Of a DNA stretch of 64,000 nt, positions 56,706 through 64,000 are shown one piece after another. The notes under the pieces were generated by a model. That model worked only from the letters and a program-made list of their open reading frames with translations. It was not told the origin of the DNA and did no database searches. The position numbers and the translations under genes are program-made. This DNA is from Squalus acanthias (taxonomy: Eukaryota). Location: the NCBI GenBank assembly GCA_030390025.1, contig JASTWF010000360.1, forward strand, positions 310,001-374,000, written 5' to 3'. Numbering within the stretch: position 1 is the stretch's first letter; every line of letters starts with the position of its first letter.

Positions 56706-57035
56706 CCGTCTTTCGAATGAGACATTAAACCGAGGCCCCCGTCTGTCCACTCAGGTGGACGTAAAAGATCCCACGGCCACTAGTGGAAGAAGAGGAGGGT
56801 GGGGGGTTCTCCCCAGTGTGCTGGGCCCAACGTTTATCCCTCAACCAATAACACTAAAAAACAGATGATCTGGCCGTTTATCACATTGCTGTTTGTGGGA
56901 GCTTGCTGTGCAAAAATTTGCTGCCACGTTTCCAACAGTGACTACACTTCAAAAAGTGCTCCATTGGCCGTGAAGCTCTTTGGGATGTTCTGTGGGGGTG
57001 AAAGACACTGTATAAATCGGAGTCTTTTTTTTTTT
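56706..57035 (+). mobile_element. SacSINE1-like DeuSINE body and tail
   Basis: CCGTCTTTCGAATGAGACATTAAACCGAGG...TCACATTGCTGTTTGTGGGAGCTTGCTGTG; homologous to 46663-47088. Confidence 0.82.
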
Positions 57036-57224
57036 CATTAGCGCCCAAGGGACTGAACCCCAGCGAGTTGATGGTGACTTCAGAAATAAGTGGGGACAAA
57101 TGAGTGGGAAAAAAAAATATTAAAGGGAACCTTTGTTTCTCTGGGACCCAAGTACAGACAAGAATATTCTTAGTTTAGGTGCAGGTGCCTTGTAAATATT
57201 TAACACAGTTTCTCTCAACTCGTG

Positions 57225-57392
57225 TTATAGATTCCTGAGCCGGTTTGTGGACAGGTGGCCCAGCCTTTCCACATTCTTGCCTTCATATTTCCACTCAGCA
57301 AACCCTCTTAAAATCTGTCCCGGCGATCCTGTGAAAGTATCCCTAAGCCATCGGAAATAGTCCGATTTTACATCCACTGTTTCGGCTTTCTG
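57225..57392 (-). CDS. Possible terminal coding exon of an unidentified host gene
   Basis: TACTAAC branch point (57410-57404), CACCAG|CAG acceptor and 55 open codons QKAETVDVKSDYFRWLRDTFTGSPGQILRGFAEWKYEGKNVERLGHLSTNRLRNL* in non-repeat sequence. Confidence 0.35.
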   Translation of the reverse strand, partial: QKAETVDVKSDYFRWLRDTFTGSPGQILRGFAEWKYEGKNVERLGHLSTNRLRNL

Positions 57393-57599
57393 CTGGTGAA
57401 TGTGTTAGTAGAGGGGTATATGTGTGTGTCTTCTTAGTTATAATTCACCCCTCAAATCAATGGGGTTCACAACGTTGAACGTCAGACGTCACAGATTTAT
57501 TAAACATACCATAATTCGACACAGACAAAACAGCAACACTTACGACCAAACCTTGCGAGTTTAGTCGGAGGATTTAAACGCGTTTACAGTCCTGAGCTC

Positions 57600-57970
57600 A
57601 CAATATATTTGAGGTGCATCTCCCCTTGTCCCTGATCAGTAACATGTCCGCTCGGTCACCGAGACTGCCTACTTCCATCTCCGTAACATCGTCCGACTTC
57701 GCCCCGCCTCAGGTCATCCGCTGCTGAATCCCTCATCCGTGCTGTTATTACCTCCAGACTCGATGATTCCGATACCCTCCTGGTCGACTTCCCACTCGCC
57801 ACCCTCCATAAACTTGAGGTCATCCAAAATTCTGCTGCCCCGTATCCTAAATCGCACCAAGTCCGGTTCATCCATCACCCCTGTGTTCCTTGATCTACAT
57901 TGGCTCGCGGTCTGACAATGCCTTGATTTTAAAATACTCATACTTGTTTTCAAATCCCTTCATGGTCTCA
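57600..57970 (+). mobile_element. L2 LINE 3' ORF2 fragment
   Basis: FHLRNI.RLRP...LI.AVITSRLD...QNSAA..L...ITPV..DLHWL...DFKILILVFKSLHGL.PPYL. Confidence 0.82.
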
Positions 57971-60900
57971 CCCCTCCCTATCTCTGTAACCTCCTCCAGC
58001 CCCTACAATCCTCCCTATCTCTGTAACCTCCTCAAGCCCCTACAACACTCCCTATCTCTGTAACCTCTCCCAGCCCCTGCAACCCTCCCTATCTCTGTAA
58101 CCTCCTCCAGCCCCTACAACCCTCCCTATCTCTGTAATCTCCTCCAGCCCCTACAACCCTCCCTAGCTCTGTAATCTCCTCCAGCCCCTGCAACCCTCCC
58201 TATCTCTGTAACCTCCTCCAGCCCCTGCAACCCTCCCTATCTCTGTAACCTCCTCCAGCCCCTACAACCCTCCCTATCTCTGTAACATCCTCCAGCCCCG
58301 AGAACCCTCCCAATCTCTGTATCCTCCTCCAGCCCCTACAACCCTCCCTATCTCTGTAACCGCCTCCAGCCCCGAGAACCCTCCCTATCTCTGTAACCTC
58401 CTCCAGCCCCTACAACCCTCCCAATCTCTGTAACCTCCTCCACACCTACAACCCTCCCTATCTCTGTAACCTCCTCCAACCACTACAACCCTCCCTATCT
58501 CTGTAACCTCCTCCAGCCCCTACAACCCTCCCAATCTCTGTAACCTCCTCCACACCTACAACCCTCCCTATCTCTGTAACCTCCTCCAACCACTACAACC
58601 CTCCCTATCTCTGTAACCTCCTCCAGCCCCTACAACCCTCCCTATCTCTGTATCCTCCTCCAGCCCCTACAACCCTCCCTAGCTCTGTAACCTCCTCCAG
58701 CCCGACAACCCTCCCTATCTCTGTAACCTCCTCCAGCCCCTACAACCCTCCCTATCTCTGTAACCTCCTCCAGCCCCTACAACCCTCCCTATCTCTGTAA
58801 CCTCCTCCAGCCCCTACAACCCTCCCTATCTCTGTAACCTCCTCCAGCCCCTAAAAACCTCCCTATCTCTGTAACCTCCTACAGCCCCTACAACGCTCCC
58901 GATCTCTGTAACCTCCTCCAGCCCTACAACCCTCGCTATCTCTGTAACCTCCTCCAGCCCCTACAACCCTCCCTATCTCTGTAACCTCCTCCAGCCCCTT
59001 CAACCCTCCCTATCTCTGTAAACTCCTCCAGCCCTACAACCCTCCCTATCTCTGTAACCTCCTCCAGCCCTACAACCCTCCCTATCTCTGTAACCTCCTC
59101 CAGCCCGACACCCCTCCCTATCTCTGTATCCTCCTCCAGCCCCTACAACCCTCCCTATCTCTGTAACCGCCTCCAGCCCCTACAACCCTCCCTATCTCTG
59201 TAACCTCCTCCAGCCCCTACAACCCTCCCTATCTCTGTAACCTCCTCCAGCCCTACAACCCTCCCTATCTCTGTAACCACCTCCAGCCCTACAACCCTCC
59301 CTATCTCTGTAACCTCCTCCAGCCCCTACAACCCTCCCTATCTCTGTAACCTCCTCCATCTCTACAACCCTCCCTATCCCTGTAACCTCCTCCAGCCCTA
59401 CAACCCTCCCTCTCTCTGTAACCTCCTCCAGCCCCTACAACACTCCCTATCAATGTAACCTCCTCCAGCCCCTACAACCCTCCCGATCTCTGTAACCTCC
59501 TCCAGCCCTACAACCCTCCCTATCTCTGTAACCTCCTCCAGCCCCTACAACCCTCCCGATCTCTGTAACCTCCACTAGCCCTACAACCCTCCCTATCTCT
59601 GTAACCTCCTCCAGCCCCTACAACCCTCCCTATCTCTGTAACCTCCTTCATCTCTACAACCATCCCTATCCCTGTAACCTCCTCCAGCCCTACAACCCTC
59701 CCTGTCTCTGTAACCTCCTCCAGCCCCTGCAACCCACCCTATCTCTGTATCCTCCTCCAGCCCCTACAACCCTCCCTATCTCTGTAACCTCCTCCAGCCC
59801 CTACAACCCTCCCTATCTCTGTAACCTCCTCCAGCCCTTCAACCCTCCCTATCTCTTTATCCTCCTCCAGCCCCTACAACCCTCGCTATCTCTGTAACCT
59901 CCTCCAGCCCCGAGAACCCTCCCTATCTCTGTAACCTCCTCCAGCCCCTACAACCCTCCCAATCTCTGTAACCTCCTCCACCCCTACAACCCTCCCTATC
60001 TCTGTAACCTCCTCCAGCCCCTACAACCCTCCCTATCACTGTAACCTCCTCCAGCCCCTACAACCCTCCCTATCTCTGTATCCTCCTCCAGCCCCTACAA
60101 CCCTCCCTATCTCTGTAACCTCCTCCAGCCCCGACAACACTATCTATCTCTGTAACCTCCTCCACCCCTACAACCCTCCCTATCTCTGTAACCTCCTCCA
60201 GCCCCTACAACCCTCCCTATCACTGTATCCTCCTCCAGCCCTACAACCCTCCCTATCTCTGTAACCTCCTCCAGCCCCTACAAGCCTCCCTATCTCTGTA
60301 ACCTCCTCCAGCCCATACAACCCTCCCGATCTCTGTAACCTCCTCCAGCCCTACAACCCTCCGTATCTCTGTAACCTCCTCCAGCCCTACAACACTCCCT
60401 ATCTCTGTAACCTCCTCCAGCCCTACAACCCTCCCTATCCCTGTAACCTCCTCCAGCCCCTACAACCCTCCCTATCTCTGCAACCTCCTCCAACCCTAGA
60501 CCTCCCTATCTCTGTAACCTCCTCCAACCCTACATCCCTCCCTATCTCTGTAACCTCCTCCAGCCCCTCCCTATCTCTGTAACCTCCTCCAGCCCCTACA
60601 ACCCTCCTTATCTCTGTAACCTCCTCCTGCCGCTACAACTCTCCCTATCTCTGTAACCTCCTCCAACCCTACAGCCCTCCCTATCTCTGTAACCTCCTCC
60701 AGCCCCTCCCTATCTCTGTAACCTCCTCCAGCCCCTACAAGCCTCCCTATCTCTGTAACCTCCTCCAGCCCCTACAACTCTCCCTTTCACAGTAACCTCC
60801 TCCAGCCCCTACAAAACTCCCTATCTCTGCAACGTCCTCCAGCCCCTACAACCCTCCCTATCTCTGTAACCTCCTCCAAACCTAGACCTCCCTATCTCTG

Positions 60901-63900
60901 TAACCTCCTCCAGCCCCGACAACCCTCCCGATCTCTGTAACCTCCTCCAGCTCTACAACACTCCCTATCTCTGTAACCTCCTCCACCCCCTACAAGCCTC
61001 CCTATCTCTGTAACCTCCTCCAGCCCCTACAACCCTCCCTATCTCTGTAACCTCCTCCATCTCTACAACCCTCCCTATCTCTGTAACTTCCTCCAGCCCT
61101 ACAACCCTCCCTGTCTCTGTAACCTCCTCCAGCCCCTACAACCCTCCCTATCTCTGTAACCTCCTCCAGCCCCTACAACACTCCCTATCTCTGTAACCTC
61201 CACCAGCCCCTACAATTCTCCCTCTCTCAGTAACCTCCTCCAGCCCTGCAACCATCTGAGATCTCTGTAACCTTCTCCAGCCCCTACAACCTATCTCTGT
61301 AACCTCCTTCAGCCCTACAAAGCTCCCAATCTCTGTAACCTCCTCCAGCCCCGACAACGCTCCCGATCTCTGTAACCTCCTCCAGCCCTACAACCCTCCC
61401 TATCTCTGTAACCTCCTCCAGCCCTACAAGCCTCCCTATCTCTGCAACCGCCTCCAGCCCCTAGAACCCTCCCTATCTCTGTAACCTCCTCCAGCCCCGA
61501 CAACCCTCCCGATCTCTGTAACCTCCTCCAGCCCTACAACCCTCCCTATCTCTGTAACCTCCTCCAGCCCCTACAACACTCCCTATCTCTGTAACCTCCA
61601 CCAGCCCCTACAATTCTCCCTCTCTCAGTAACCTCCTCCAGCCCTGCAACCATCTGAGATCTCTGTAACCTTCTCCAGCCCCTACAACCTATCTCTGTAA
61701 CCTCCTTCAGCCCTACAAAGCTCCCAATCTCTGTAACCTCCTCCAGCCCCGACAACGCTCCCGATCTCTGTAACCTCCTCCAGCCCTACAACCCTCCCTA
61801 TCTCTGTAACCTCCTCCAGCCCTACAAGCCTCCCTATCTCTGCAACCTCCTCCAACCCTACAGCCCTCCCTATCTCTGTAACCTCCTCCAGCCTCTCCCT
61901 ATCTCTGTAACCTCCTCCAGCCCCTACAACCCTCCCTATCTCTGTAACCTCCTCCAGCCCCTACAACTCTCCCTTTCTCAGTAACCTCCTCCAACCCCTA
62001 CAAAACTCCCTATCTCTGCAACGTCCTCCAGACCCTACAACCCTCCCTATCTCTGTAACCTCCTCCAACCCTAGACCTCCCTATCTCTGTAAACTCCTCC
62101 AGCCCTACAACCCTCCCTATCTCTGTAACCTCCTCCAGCCCTACAACCCTCCCTATCTCTGTAACCTCCTCCAGCCCGACACCCCTCCCTATCTCTGTAT
62201 CCTCCTCCAGCCCCTACAACCCTCCCTATCTCTGTAACCGCCTCCAGCCCCTACAACCCTCCCTATCTCTGTAACCTCCTCCAGCCCCTACAACCCTCCC
62301 TATCTCTGTAACCTCCTCCAGCCCTACAACCCTCCCTATCTCTGTAACCACCTCCAGCCCTACAACCCTCCCTATCTCTGTAACCTCCTCCAGCCCCTAC
62401 AACCCTCCCTATCTCTGTAACCTCCTCCATCTCTACAAACCTCCCTATCCCTGTAACCTCCTCCAGCCCTACAACCCTCCCTCTCTCTGTAACCTCCTCC
62501 AGCCCCTACAACACTCCCTATCAATGTAACCTCCTCCAGCCCCTACAACCCTCCCGATCTCTGTAACCTCCTCCAGCCCTACAACCCTCCCTATCTCTGT
62601 AACCTCCTCCAGCCCCTACAACCCTCCCGATCTCTGTAACCTCCACTAGCCCTACAACCCTCCCTATCTCTGTAACCTCCTCCAGCCCCTACAACCCTCC
62701 CTATCTCTGTAACCTCCTTCATCTCTACAACCATCCCTATCCCTGTAACCTCCTCCAGCCCTACAACCCTCCCTGTCTCTGTAACCTCCTCCAGCCCCTA
62801 CAACCCTCCCTATCTCTGTAACCTCCTCCAGCCCCTACAACCCTTCCAATCTCTGTATCCTCCTCCACCCCTACAACCCTCCCTATCTCTGTAACCTCCT
62901 CCAGCCCCTACAACCCTCCCTGTCTCTGTAATCTCCTCCAGCCCTTACAACCGTCCCTATTGCTGTAACCTCCTCCAGCCCTACAACCCTCCCTATCTCT
63001 GTAATCTCCTCCAGCCCCTGCAACCCACCCTATCTCTGTATCCTCCTCCAGCCCCTACAACCCTCCCTATCTCTGTAACCTCCTCCAGCCCCTACAACCC
63101 TCCCTATCTCTGTAACCTCCTCCAGCCCTTCAACCCTCCCTATCTCTTTATCCTCCTCCAGCCCCTACAACCCTCACTATCTCTGTAACCTCCTCCAGCC
63201 CCGAGAACCCTCCCTATCTCTGTAACCTCCTCCAGCCCCTACAACCCTCCCAATCTCTGTAACCTCCTCCACCCCTACAACCCTCCCTATCTCTGTAACC
63301 TCCTCCAGCCCCTACAACCCTCCCTATCGCTGTAACCTCCTCCAGCCCCTACAACCCTCCCTATCTCTGTATCCTCCTCCAGCCCCTACAACCCTCCCTA
63401 TCTCTGTAACCTCCTCCAGCCCCGACAACACTATCTATCTCTGTAACCTCCTCCAGCCCCTACAACCCTCCCTATCTCTGTAACCTCCTCCAGCCCCTAC
63501 AACCCTCCCTATCCCTGTAACCTCCTCCAGCCCCTACAGCCCTCCCTATCTCTGTAACCTCCTCCAGCCCCTAAAAACCTCCCTATCTCTGTAACCTCCT
63601 ACAGCCCCTACAACCCTCCCTATCTCTGTAACCTCCTCCAGCCCCTACAACACTCCCTATCTCTGTAACCTCCACCAGCCCTTCAACCCTCCCTATCTCT
63701 GTAACCTCCTCCAGCCCCTTCAATTCTCCCTCTCTCAGTAACCTCCTCCAGCCCTGCAACCATCTGAGATCTCTGTAAACTTCTCCAGCCCCTCCAACCC
63801 TCCCTATCTCTGAAACCTCCTTCAGGCTTACAACCCTCCCAATCTCTGTAAACTCCTCCAGCCCCGACAACGCTCCCGATCTCTGTAACCTCCTCCAGCC

Positions 63901-64000
63901 CTACAACCCTCCCTATCTCTGTAACCTCCTCCAGCCCTACAAGCCTCCCTATCTCTGTAACCTCCTCCAGCCCCTACAACCCTCCCTATCTCTGTAACCT
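57971..64000. repeat. 38-39-bp satellite (>6 kb) grown from the L2 end, with higher-order duplications
   Basis: About 155 copies of CCCTCCCTATCTCTGTAACCTCCTCCAGCCCCTACAA, starting in register with the L2; open at the window edge. Confidence 0.96.

Noticed and set aside
55900..56728. Mucin-like or repeat proteins in the 32-bp array, and similar ORFs beyond 59520
   Set aside because: These are translation artefacts of tandem repeats.

Overview
This is repeat-dense vertebrate genomic DNA, almost certainly a cartilaginous fish given the HE1/V-SINE, SacSINE1-like DeuSINE, CR1/L2, Penelope and Harbinger-Myb repeats. The centre is a nest of env-bearing endogenous retrovirus-like elements of one lineage. 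A young, near-intact 12.7-kb provirus (21226-33921, +, TSD AATG) sits antisense inside the env of an older sister provirus (18393-45292, -, TSD GGCT), which itself sits in a CR1. A solo LTR (54077-55772) and a deleted, divergent third family member (5618-10455) are also present. The lineage has retrovirus-type Pol (YVDD RT, tether plus second RNase H), ~1.65-kb LTRs, a gag ATG inside a tRNA-Arg(TCG) PBS and an in-frame CAA-TGA-CT gag-pol junction. Gag carries overlapping PSAP/PPxY late domains, and Env fuses an Ig-like domain to a furin-cleaved class I fusion protein. The best guess is lokiretrovirus-like. Host sequence includes a FAM111-like serine-protease pseudogene, a duplicated E2F/NRF1 promoter-exon block suggesting a FAM111 tandem array, and a possible orphan terminal exon. 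Penelope hammerhead ribozymes and several tandem arrays seeded by LINE/SINE sequence are also present. All assignments are by eye; no searches were run.
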